From: Fimbriosthenelais zetlandica
Taxonomy: Eukaryota
DNA length: 64,000 nt
NCBI GenBank assembly: GCA_977030845.1
Contig: OZ365110.1
Location: forward strand, 50,530,001-50,594,000
Direction of reading: 5' to 3'
The translations under genes were made by a program, and so were the position numbers. The notes under the pieces are model-generated. The model was not told the DNA's origin. It saw nothing but the letters and a program-made list of their open reading frames with translations, and ran no database searches. How positions within the stretch are numbered: the stretch's first letter is position 1; each line of letters begins with the position of its first letter. Below, piece by piece: positions 26,501-35,700 of this stretch.

Positions 26501-29500
26501 TGTAGTGAAGCCAATGTCCTTCTGTACCCTAGGTGAGTCCTGTAAGTTCACACAGTAATCATTGTTGACATTATTGTTGCTTGGTGAATCCCTGAAGTGA
26601 GGTAAAATAAGTGAGTCAAGTCAAGTCCTTCTCAAGGCCAGGATACTGCTCCAGTAGAAATGCTATGAATGATTCAGTAACCGGTTGGCTTGTTTTCTAT
26701 GCATTGCCAGATTCCTGGGGCTTGTCTCAGGATAAATAAATCAAATATTATAGCTTACATACTTGGCACTGGTTGATGTGGTCCATTTCTTATGGAACAA
26801 ACCCCAGTGTTGTAAGCCCCTGTGATGCATATATTCCGCATTGCATTCACCTTGCTGTGTGTAAAACCATCAGCATTGTTACGCAGTGAGGAATGGATTA
26901 GTCAGAAAAATTCAAACCTTTCGAACTTTGTCTATCAATATCACTTATAAAAGTTAAAAGACAATAAGATCTCTGGGTAAAGCCCCATCTCCAAAGAGTC
27001 GTTTTCCAATGTTGGCCCACCAAAATTTTGCTTATGGCCGATTGACAAGCCAACCTTTAAGTACATCAAGAAAAGAGCCCAGTGGACATTGAACCTAAGA
27101 TCTAATTAAGAAGAAGGAAGTAAAGTTTGTCTTCCTATTATTCAGATGTCATGGCTAGTTCAGGAGATATGACAGATGAAGACATCAGCGTGACTCCCTT
27201 AGTTCCTGTACCCACCAACAGTGAAGGCAATGTCACTACACTCCCCAGTAAACTCGAGCGGGACCAATCAGGGGAACGTCAAGAAAATGTCACTACGTCA
27301 GAAGATCATGACGTTGAATCTCTAATCCAGGCTGCGGACCCCAGGTCCTCCTATGTTGATCCATCTACGGCTGTGAAAGAAGGTAATTTAATTTCTGAGT
27401 TCCCCTATAGGGAGTTTTCCTTGCCAATACTGCGATTTTGGTTGCCAGTTGCCACTGACTTTTCTATGTCAAAATGCAGTTGATACAGCGCTTAAATTTT
27501 TATGTTTTATTTCCACTGCATTGCATCAATCGCAACGCTTCCATTTCCCTTCTGGTAATGTCTTGCGATTGGGAAGTATTCCCCATTTGATTATAAAAGA
27601 AAAGAGTCCTTCGACTAAATAATGTGTTCAAGGAAATAAAATATTGTAGTTTAAATCAGAAAGACCTTGAGACAAATATCTTTGGAAATCTGAAGACTAT
27701 TTGATTTCCCTGACTGACATTTTTATAATGCTTTGAACCTTATTTTGTATTTCTGAAAGACACGACCAAAATTGCACTGAACATTCATTTGGAACCTGTT
27801 TGAATGACAAATACCTCTGCAAATCATTACCCATAATCTATAGGAAGGAACCTGGGTTCTGAATGCATCAACTTGTGATCCCATCCGATTTACATGCTAA
27901 TAACATTCACCATTGGGGGTGTGAATGGAATACAACAGCTCTAAATTAATGCAATTACCAAGGATCAATAGGCTTGACTATTCCCATCACACTTTAATGA
28001 AGTTAGTGTAAATTTAAGCTGAAATTACTCACTTTGCAATGCCCTGATAGACCAGATACATCTCAGAATATATAGCAGAGTGAGGGACAGAAGGTTGCCT
28101 CATAAAATATGCCACATTTCCTCATGGTCTGTTCACCATGCCAGAACCTTTCCATAGAGTAGTGTGTGAGCTCTTCAAAGAAAATATTCTGTACAGTTTT
28201 CTTTATTGGACATCTGACTATGCTTGATTTCCCGTGGGGGACTCTCCCATTTAATAAAAGAACAAATGGCAAAGACAAGTGAGAGTTGTAAAAAACCTTG
28301 GCTCTCTCCTCAAATGTAGAATGAGGGGTAGGGTGAATATTCAAGACCATCGGTATGACAGCCAAGGGGGGCGTTAAAACGCCATGAGCTCATGATTATA
28401 TTGATTACTTCCGATGGGATAAGAATTGTAGGAGTCATTGATCTTTTATTAAATCCAATGGATCGATAAGTGTGTGGCAAGTGATGAGTGGCACGTATAC
28501 AAACCAAATGTGTATCTCCTGCACCTGTTGTAACCTTCTCAAACATACTTAAACTTACATTGTACATAACTCAGAGTGAGTTATTGACATAACTCAGAGT
28601 GAGAAATTGACATAATTATTCTACTAAAGAATTATCTGTCATCTATATATAGTACTTACCAGGATTTTTAGAAAATTTTTAGCCTTGCTTTTCATGATCT
28701 TCTCATGTCATTTCCGCTAACCACATAAATTTATTCTCTGACGAGGAAGATCATTATTATACCAGATATTTTATTTTACGACAGTAAATACAATGCTACC
28801 TCCCAATCCGGCCACGACCTCAGACGACCACTCCCCTAAACGATTATGTTTGTCAGGTCACTCTTGTCAGGTGCAATTTATCTTGTTACATGTTTAAAAT
28901 ACCCGCTTGAAGCTACACTGGTCATTTCTGTTCAGTCCACAACTTGGACGCAACAGGAAGGAAAACTGTATTAACCTAACCCTAAATCTAACCCTAGGTT
29001 TAAGGCTAGGGTTAACCTTAACCCTAGGTAAAACGCTAAGTCTAAGGTTAGGGTTAACCCTAACTAACCCTAACCCCCTTTGTGTGAACTGCCTAGCCCA
29101 TATCCATTTACCTACATGTATTCTGTAAAAAGGTTCGTGCAAATGAAAGTACAATGGCATTGGCTTTGTAAATTGTGTTTACTAACTAAAATAGTAGACA
29201 CCATTCATCTGTACTTACAGAAGTGCCACAGGGGAAGCTGACAGTCAAAGAACCTGATCATTTGACAGAAGAGGTCCTTCACGGATCCCGAGTATCCAGC
29301 ACCCAGTCTGAAGTCCCTAGTCAGAAGGAGGTGGGCCCGATCAGTGAGCCAATCTCTGACCTTCACCAACCCATAGGTCACACCCACGATACCAGCTACG
29401 AAACTGCCAAGAATGTCGACAAGGGATCTCAAAACGCTGAAAATGAAACTTTTGAGAAGTCAGCCAATGAACAGAATGACACTCTCAGTATGAATGACAC

Positions 29501-30563
29501 GGTGTCTAAAAGCTTTGATTCCAGCAGCTCGCAAGCTAAACCCCCCGGGAGTGGTAGTGATGACGGGTCCATTAAACCGACAGCCGAGGAAATCCACGGT
29601 CAGCTCCATCTCCATTCAAACGACACCACTCAGGGGGATCATCATCTGGAAATTGGCCACAAAGATGATGAAGAATCAGAGAGAACTTTGTTGGTTTCCG
29701 ATGTGGTTAAAAACAGTACGGAAAATGTCACTGATGTTAATGAACTGAAACTGAAAGAGAGGAGAAAGATGGAGGTGAAGGCTGATGATGTAATGATGCA
29801 GGTCAATGATACAGATCATGGGTATGATAATGCCTCGAGGCAGGCCATTATTGAAAAGGTTTTCAACTTGTCACCAGATCCCAAGGTAAGTCGTTATGTT
29901 TCACTTTCACCGCAAGCTATTTCAGCCCCATGATCACCATGCAAGCTGTTTCCATCAAGTGTCCATAAGTAATTGAGAGGCAAACAGTTACTGATGTATC
30001 CCTGTCATAATATGTCATGAAAGCAGTTAAATGAACTTTGGGATTTTGCAGTTTATTCCACCCTAAGTACTGTTCATCCATAGAATCAGTATTGGAAATG
30101 CAATGAATTTGTGTTTTCTGTTGGTTGGGGTGGAATAAATATAGAACCAACCTCGAGCAGGTCTGGGTAGGTGGTATGTCTCTGGGGCACAGCCCGGGGG
30201 ACATACCACCAGCCAGACCTGCATTCGTTCAGTTATATCTATGTATTCCATGAGAAAAGTTATAAGAAATGGAATGCGATGCTCGTCGCTTCATTTCAAA
30301 GATCCAAATATCCGTATATACGTTGGATTGGGAACCAGGATGAGTCGTTGTTGTTTTTAACTTTGTTTTTTGCCTTCGTTTTTAACTTGCAGAAAACTGT
30401 TCCAAACGTTCACAGCGACACAGGACAAAATCCCCCCTTACACGACAATGAAAAAACGTTTGATGACAGAGAAGACGTCAATGTGACCTCAGCAAATTCT
30501 CCGGAAGTGACGAAACTACGGCTTGGCGAAAACAGAACGCAGGACCTGTCAGACGAAACATGA
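2475..30563 (+). CDS. CPAMD8: CPAMD8-like thioester-containing protein (A2M/C3 family), 5'-partial, 38 coding exons, about 1,940 aa in the window
   Basis: Manually spliced GT-AG exons sum to 5831 nt with consistent phases. Peptides match remembered vertebrate CPAMD8 motifs: [107 protein letters not shown], then a Kazal domain. Confidence 0.95.
3690..3744 (+). CDS. CPAMD8: CPAMD8-like exon 2
   Basis: tgtag|...g|gtaagt; [18 protein letters not shown]. Confidence 0.93.
8161..8468 (-). repeat. 44-bp tandem repeat array (about 6-7 units)
   Basis: agccatgtct-type motif recurs at 8231, 8281, 8325, ~8369, 8413 and 8457; reverse complement of the array at 56.0-56.4 kb. Confidence 0.9.
9635..9748 (+). 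CDS. CPAMD8: CPAMD8-like exon 3
   Basis: ttcag|...g|gtaggt; [37 protein letters not shown]. Confidence 0.93.
10058..10142 (+). CDS. CPAMD8: CPAMD8-like exon 4
   Basis: [29 protein letters not shown]; ag|gtaagt. Confidence 0.92.
10585..10693 (+). CDS. CPAMD8: CPAMD8-like exon 5
   Basis: [36 protein letters not shown]; GT-AG. Confidence 0.92.
10991..11116 (+). CDS. CPAMD8: CPAMD8-like exon 6
   Basis: [42 protein letters not shown]; GT-AG. Confidence 0.88.
11479..11580 (+). CDS. CPAMD8: CPAMD8-like exon 7
   Basis: [34 protein letters not shown]; |gtaagt. Confidence 0.92.
12089..12256 (+). CDS. CPAMD8: CPAMD8-like exon 8
   Basis: [18 protein letters not shown]...[11 protein letters not shown]; GT-AG. 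Confidence 0.92.
12671..12799 (+). CDS. CPAMD8: CPAMD8-like exon 9
   Basis: AKVMKIG...[25 protein letters not shown]; GT-AG. Confidence 0.92.
13228..13408 (+). CDS. CPAMD8: CPAMD8-like exon 10
   Basis: [33 protein letters not shown]...HKRAVS...; a|gtgagt. Confidence 0.92.
13828..13994 (+). CDS. CPAMD8: CPAMD8-like exon 11
   Basis: ...[38 protein letters not shown]; |gtaagc. Confidence 0.93.
14308..14457 (+). CDS. CPAMD8: CPAMD8-like exon 12
   Basis: [20 protein letters not shown]...[23 protein letters not shown]; |gtaagt. Confidence 0.93.
14553..14680. mobile_element. Copy of the ~120-bp double-hairpin MITE-like family
   Basis: caattgcctataataagcaattgatgggccaac...aaaatggctcagtggac. Confidence 0.7.
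14743..14898 (+). CDS. CPAMD8: CPAMD8-like exon 13 (RRNKR site)
   Basis: [10 protein letters not shown]...LRRNKRSS...KDAQYAFE; GT-AG. Confidence 0.9.
15996..16092 (+). CDS. CPAMD8: CPAMD8-like exon 14
   Basis: [18 protein letters not shown]...; donor gtcagt chosen for phase fit. Confidence 0.82.
16931..17057 (+). CDS. CPAMD8: CPAMD8-like exon 15 ([13 protein letters not shown])
   Basis: ...[22 protein letters not shown]; GT-AG. Confidence 0.88.
17361..17583 (+). CDS. CPAMD8: CPAMD8-like exon 16
   Basis: [16 protein letters not shown]...[26 protein letters not shown]; |gtgagt. Confidence 0.95.
17840..17981 (+). CDS. CPAMD8: CPAMD8-like exon 17
   Basis: [11 protein letters not shown]...[11 protein letters not shown]...GLGHHNIT; GT-AG. 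Confidence 0.9.
18281..18445 (+). CDS. CPAMD8: CPAMD8-like exon 18
   Basis: [11 protein letters not shown]...[18 protein letters not shown]; g|gtaagc. Confidence 0.92.
18904..19110 (+). CDS. CPAMD8: CPAMD8-like exon 19 (Methyltransf_FA-like insert, part 1)
   Basis: [15 protein letters not shown]...[11 protein letters not shown]...[16 protein letters not shown]. Confidence 0.93.
19291..19382 (+). CDS. CPAMD8: CPAMD8-like exon 20 (insert part 2)
   Basis: [30 protein letters not shown]. Confidence 0.9.
19588..19723 (+). CDS. CPAMD8: CPAMD8-like exon 21 (insert part 3)
   Basis: VGIGEEMSN...[19 protein letters not shown]. Confidence 0.93.
19821..19910 (+). CDS. CPAMD8: CPAMD8-like exon 22
   Basis: [29 protein letters not shown]; g|gtgagt. 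Confidence 0.93.
20253..20429 (+). CDS. CPAMD8: CPAMD8-like exon 23 (thioester GCGEQ at 20309-20323)
   Basis: [38 protein letters not shown]. Confidence 0.97.
20622..20860. mobile_element. ~240-bp MITE with 22-bp terminal inverted repeats
   Basis: ggcccgtttcttagttaaataa (20622-20643) and ttatttaactaagaaacggccc (20839-20860), 1 mismatch; an extra right-end copy lies near 20690-20704. Confidence 0.8.
20940..21021 (+). CDS. CPAMD8: CPAMD8-like exon 24
   Basis: [27 protein letters not shown]. Confidence 0.95.
21480..21636 (+). CDS. CPAMD8: CPAMD8-like exon 25
   Basis: [19 protein letters not shown]...[16 protein letters not shown]. Confidence 0.95.
21893..21967 (+). CDS. CPAMD8: CPAMD8-like exon 26
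   Basis: [25 protein letters not shown]; |gtaaga. Confidence 0.93.
22127..22292 (+). CDS. CPAMD8: CPAMD8-like exon 27
   Basis: ...AKSYLES...[18 protein letters not shown]...LNQMATHK. Confidence 0.93.
22493..22570 (+). CDS. CPAMD8: CPAMD8-like exon 28
   Basis: [25 protein letters not shown]; donor could shift by 3 nt (gtggtg versus gtgtta). Confidence 0.8.
22858..22994 (+). CDS. CPAMD8: CPAMD8-like exon 29
   Basis: [15 protein letters not shown]...[21 protein letters not shown]. Confidence 0.95.
23522..23740 (+). CDS. CPAMD8: CPAMD8-like exon 30
   Basis: [13 protein letters not shown]...[12 protein letters not shown]...[21 protein letters not shown]. Confidence 0.95.
23846..24025. mobile_element. 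180-bp MITE-like element with an interior of telomere-like palindromes
   Basis: Ends caggcgcggat and atccgcccctg (11-bp TIR, 1 mismatch); flanks gacat and gacac; interior of TAACCC/GGGTTA units in both orientations. Confidence 0.7.
24314..24492 (+). CDS. CPAMD8: CPAMD8-like exon 31
   Basis: VDVSYNVAD...EPAFTIDV...VNIEVCT; ag|gttagt. Confidence 0.92.
24993..25155 (+). CDS. CPAMD8: CPAMD8-like exon 32 (receptor-binding domain)
   Basis: [20 protein letters not shown]...[16 protein letters not shown]. Confidence 0.95.
25274..25379 (+). CDS. CPAMD8: CPAMD8-like exon 33
   Basis: [11 protein letters not shown]...[18 protein letters not shown]. Confidence 0.95.
25578..25685 (+). CDS. CPAMD8: CPAMD8-like exon 34
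   Basis: [10 protein letters not shown]...[11 protein letters not shown]; g|gtatgt. Confidence 0.9.
26314..26532 (+). CDS. CPAMD8: CPAMD8-like exon 35 (Kazal domain)
   Basis: [37 protein letters not shown]...FC; g|gtgagt. Confidence 0.93.
27146..27382 (+). CDS. CPAMD8: CPAMD8-like exon 36 (acidic tail)
   Basis: ttattcag acceptor, open phase-1 frame [14 protein letters not shown]..., g|gtaatt donor. Confidence 0.8.
28970..29076. repeat. Telomere-like (TTAGGG/CCCTAA) palindromic repeat, homologous to 23889-23988
   Basis: taaccctaggtttaag..tagggttaacc.taaccctag..aaacgctaa..cta.g.ttagggttaac is shared by both copies. Confidence 0.85.
29221..29885 (+). CDS. CPAMD8: CPAMD8-like exon 37 (acidic tail, 665 nt)
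   Basis: tacttacag acceptor, 221 further open codons, aag|gtaagt donor. Confidence 0.85.
30393..30563 (+). CDS. CPAMD8: CPAMD8-like terminal coding exon 38
   Basis: Long pyrimidine tract and ttgcag acceptor, [10 protein letters not shown]...QDLSDET then TGA. Confidence 0.8.
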   Translation, partial: KTVPNVHSDTGQNPPLHDNEKTFDDREDVNVTSANSPEVTKLRLGENRTQDLSDET

Positions 30564-30589
30564 TCTGGTGACGAAAATGGTCCAAATGA

Positions 30590-30718
30590 AATAAAGCGCT
30601 GTACATAATCTTATGTTATACATTTATGTTTGTAATTATTTCTCTATATTGACTAGCTCTACGCTGATGAAAGGTAGGTACATATTCTATTATGGTATAC
30701 GACTTGTAACATAATAAA
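30590..30718 (+). promoter_or_regulatory. Candidate polyadenylation signals for the CPAMD8-like gene
   Basis: AATAAA at 30590-30595 and 30713-30718, another at 32272-32277; the site actually used cannot be told from sequence. Confidence 0.35.
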
Positions 30719-32715
30719 TAATGCTAAAAATATAATATGGCACATGGTGCGTATCCAGTAACACTAATAAGTCACTGTTGTCACTGTCAAGATGTACCAA
30801 ATGACGCTGCCGCATAGCATTTCAATTTTTGATTTTGTAGTCATCGGGTATTGTGTTATTTAATGGACAGTGCCGTACATGTGCATTTAGATATAACTCC
30901 ATATATGGACATGGCATTTGATATTTTATGTATTATGTACCCACTGCAGCGGGGAGTAATTGTGTACTGTAGACAATGGGTGGTTGCACAGATGCAGTTG
31001 CATCAAGTGCAACTGCCAAAATTGCATTGCACAAAACCTTATTCTTGCGTTATTGTTGGCAAAAAATAATGGTCACAATCTAGGTTCGTTGTTTTGTGAT
31101 TTGACAGGACTCGTGAAAAAAATGCATTGCAGCTTTGATTGTAAATAATTCTTCCAGATGTAGTCCAGTAGCATTATTATACTATGACCATATTAAGATT
31201 TAGCAGTGTGCTATTGTTTTATACTTAATTAAATACTAGAACGACGGCCTAAGACTTAATTTTGTAAATCCATAAATTTATGAAACAGCATCCGAATTAT
31301 TTAATTGCATTTTCTCTATCTAAAAGGGATATGGCAGCCAGAAGGTGGCATGTCCACGGAGTCAATAATTATTATATCAATTGCTTAATATGGGCCATTG
31401 CTTATGAAAATGGGCCAACATGATTATGAAAATGGCTCAGTGGACATGCATGGGTCTTTAGAAAGATTTTGATTTGTATACCAGTCGGAGAACCAAAATG
31501 ATCGGAACCAATTTTTTTTCAGGTAGTAACCCTAACATTATTGGTGTCATAATATATTAATTTTTGTATTTCTGTCAAGCATTACTGTAGACAATATTTG
31601 GGTATTATATGGGGGAAATATGTCTTAACTAAGTCAATGTATGTGATTGCATATTACTCTTAGGTGCTTTGGGTCATGGTCAGATATTATGGAATGAAAC
31701 GAATAAAAACATATTTGTTAATGAAAGTAGAATATTGTAGGAAGCTACCTCTGTAAATGTGACGATAGGCCTGCACCCAGGCCAATATGTGTGTCTTCTA
31801 TTATAATTATACTTGTCAATATATTTATCAAATATTTCACATTATATATGAATATTGAATATAACCAAAAGTATTTACTCTAAGTATGTAGATATTTATA
31901 AACATATGTGTATGGCAATTATTGTGGAAGGAATGTCCTTGTAAAGATAGAAATGACACAAAAAGTCATAGAAATGGGAATTTAGAAATTGAAGTCTCGT
32001 GGCTGCAAGGTCCGTTTTCTTGATATATGTTCGGTTGGGCCGTCAATTGTATATAAGCAATTGATGGGCCAAGGCCTTATTTATGATGGAATTTGAATAT
32101 TAAATTACTACAATCAAGTATTAATTGCACTGCCAAGTCTGCTATGTGCTCGTCTTTTATACTTATCGGTACTCTCTGTGGAAAAGCATTAGACATTTCT
32201 TATATGAGTCAAAAATCTTCCCTATTCTGACTTGATGCACTTATTGAAACATTGTAAATCTATACTTGGTAAATAAAATTCCTATTAACTGACAGGTAGG
32301 CCTTCTTTTGAATAATGTTTTTGTTCAATGGCAAAATGACCATGATAGGCTTTCGGCTACTTCCTCCTTAAATATGGATAAATTCAAACAATAAATTGTG
32401 AATCTAATCAACATTCTGCCTTCTATTTGTTCTATAATCGACTTATTATACTTACACATACCAATCTGTGAAGTGTATAGCTGCTGATCTTTTGAAGTTT
32501 TGAAGCCGACACCGGAAGTGACCTACTTTCACAGTGACTTTACGACGCATGCTTGAAGGACTAGAATAGGTTTTAGGGCATATTCTGTACTATAATTAGC
32601 TCTTTCAAGATTACATATTATCTACCCAGAATAAGTGATATCTTTACTTAACTTCAACAATGGTTTCCTTAAAAAATACACATTCATTTTCGTAGGTACA
32701 AACATATTGCACTCC

Positions 32716-32757
32716 TGAACCTGAAGAAGGCCACATACCAGGCGGAAACGTCATTCA
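32716..32757 (+). ncRNA. Degenerate minimal type I hammerhead-ribozyme motif of Penelope-like-element type
   Basis: tgaac-CTGAAGA-a-ggcc-acatacca-ggcg-GAAAC-GTC-attca: core motifs in the correct order, stems I and II each one mismatch from perfect. Confidence 0.4.
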
Positions 32758-35700
32758 AATGTCATTCAAACTTTTTAATATTGCTCTCCTGTTGTTATTG
32801 CTTAGTATTTTGGCTTCCTTGAAAGCATACATTATTGGAGTCATTCCACACCAATTTAGCAATGGGCCCATTGACAAACAAGTCCAGAAACGTTGAACCG
32901 TGAAAAAACTTTATTCACGAAGCAAGTGAATCTACAACATAAACTCATAGTTATTTACATTGATGTATGAAAAGCGGTTATAATGTTATAACTGTAAACC
33001 AAGGGGACTCCTGGGCAATTCATCGTCATCGTCACCGCTCACTGAGTGAATAAAAACAGGTCCAATGGAAAACAGGGAGCAATGAAGCCGAGTACTGAAG
33101 GCACATTATATTGCAATACTACGTAGTAAGATACAATAGGAAAGAGAAGATCGAAGGGAATAAGGTTAAAGAGAATAATGAATTGATAACGTCACTATTC
33201 TACGACTCTCAATGCATCTAATGTAAAATGGTCAGAGAATCTGAAAAATACCCATATGTGTACAAAAGGACGAAATACAAAGTATATTCATTTTATACTG
33301 GAATCCCCCATAAATGTTCATTGAACTGTGTCAAGTGAGTAAAGAAATGAAAGCTCGGTTTCTCTAAGACAGCCATTACAACTGCAAGACTTTATACCAC
33401 GGCCCTTCAGTTCCCAAAAGCCCATGTATAAGATACCTAGACACCCCAAGTATAGCTTAAATAGTACACCTACCAATAAGGACAGACCGACAGTGTTAGG
33501 TTTATATGAGAACAACACATAAAAAGGCCATGGGGTAATGTTATGGGATAGTAACCATATGAACCAATAGAATAAATCACACCATTTGGTACTTGTTTTT
33601 TTTTGTCTTTTCTTAAAAACTAAATCTCACTGTTTTCATACAATATTTGGACAAAATGAAATAAATAGCTGATAATATATAAAAAGAGTATATCAGAGTA
33701 TATGGTTATTATACTCGAGTATACTTGTGAAAGCCCGACAAAGACAAGATTAGTAATACCTTAAATCATTCACAAATCTCCAGCTCGTAATCTGGACGAC
33801 AAAGGCTGAAGGTACATAGTGAATATACAGAGTGGACAATTAGTGCCAACTGACAAAGACGATCAGTTGTAAAAGAGAAAGATAAGGGGCAAATTCAAGG
33901 AGCATAACAAGAATAAACACATTATAGAGCGTGTAAGAAATAGCATACAAATAATCACATTCCTTTCCCAAGATTAAGTAAAATAGGAACAAAGAACACA
34001 TGACTTGATGAGGTCTTTTGTCCAAACCTTAGGTGAAAAATCCCTCAGTAGAAAAATAATGCTTTATAACTTCCTGCATTGAGCCAACGTCATCATTAAG
34101 TGCTTAGCAACTCATTCTCTTACTATGTTACTATGGCAACTTGTAGCATGTCGGTGGCGCCACCTTACCACTTCAATAATAAACAGGTGCTAACTCGAGT
34201 CTCGTAGGAATAAAAGTTCACCAAAAATACAGTTTGAAAAATGGACAGAAGAGACAAAATGAGCAAACATAGTCAGTCGTCGACCTTATTATATTATAAT
34301 GTAACCATGGAAATCGAAAGAACACATCATTTTCATATAAATATTATACACCTTGAGTCTTATTAAGAAAACCCATTCAGCTAAAGTATAGCTAGTCGGA
34401 AAAATAGAGATACAGTAGTAACAGAACATATCTATTATGGCTCAGAAATCGTTCATTCTATCAAAAAATGTATACAATGGGCAGAATAAGAAGAGTGAGA
34501 GAGATCGGGATGGGCTGAGATTTGTTTTTTTCCGTTTCAGAGATAATAATAATATTATAGTAAAGACCTGCCGTTCAGTGTTCTTGAATTACCAATGGCT
34601 CGATTGTGGGTATCTCTCGGATTTTGCAGGCGACCAGAAATATTATATTAGTAGATTATTGGGTACAGTACTTAGATGGAATTTATTTTATGAATTTGTT
34701 CATTGCATATCCTCAATGTACCATCCCTGTGGATTGAATTACTATTCGTACGATGTGCTACCTGAAACAAGTTATTGTTATCACCATCTTTAGTGTAGTG
34801 AAGATATCCCTTCAACCCCTCAATTCTAGACTCTAACTATCTAAGTAAACACTCTGTATTCTTCGACCTGAGAGGGTTTCTCTTCCTTGGGATATCTCAC
34901 TACAGACTACACATCCCAGGGCTGATGAGTTGAGGATGGCAATTAGCAAATCCAATTAATTAACATCACAGGACATACCATACAAGACCAAAGCACTGAA
35001 GTTTTGGAATCGCCATGCAAGAGTGGCACACATAGATTTATACTCCATTTTATCTCTCCATATATTAGAGGTAGCAATAATTACCATAAGGGGTTTAGCT
35101 CTGACAGATTGGGATTGTATAGACATTTCTCAAGATCATAGAAAGTTATTTGGTGAAAAACGTTGCTTGTGTTTCGAGTTGTGCTCTATTGAAAACACTG
35201 GAAGGAGAATATGTGGGTGTTACTGATACTTTGAAAAGATCCCTTGTATTAATTTGTATAGGTATAAGAGTGTGAGAGCAGTTATGCATATATGCAATGT
35301 TGCATTGGAAATTTAGAAAGTGGTAAAGTTGTCTTACCATGTTTCAAGCATTTATCATAGCATTGAAGACCATGGCCATTCAGTATTGGTTAGGGGAGGG
35401 TTAATAGCATGTACTATGGAGCAGAGAAGGTTAATTCCGATGGCAGAACAAGGACAGTCGCCTATTTGAAGACACCCATCCTATAGGCGAGGAGGCGTTT
35501 CGATTTTGACCCGGTTTGCATGGTATATTGATCTCAATGTCCATTCAAAATGAGATTACTGGTGAATGATGGTAATTTGTTATAATATTCCGGTTATTTG
35601 CACATTGAGTAGATGACACATAGAGAAGCAGACGGATGAAAACACTGCGTACAATGATATATTATACCAGTCTGTATGGATCACTGTGTATATTATAGCT

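Noticed and set aside
30393-30563. GPI-anchor signal, which would favour a CD109 call
   Set aside because: The C-terminus is hydrophilic and acidic, and the Kazal plus Methyltransf_FA-like domains point to CPAMD8.
33001-33045. Minus-strand mini-exon SGDDDDELPRSPL
   Set aside because: The donor (gtttac) is weak and no partner exons were found.
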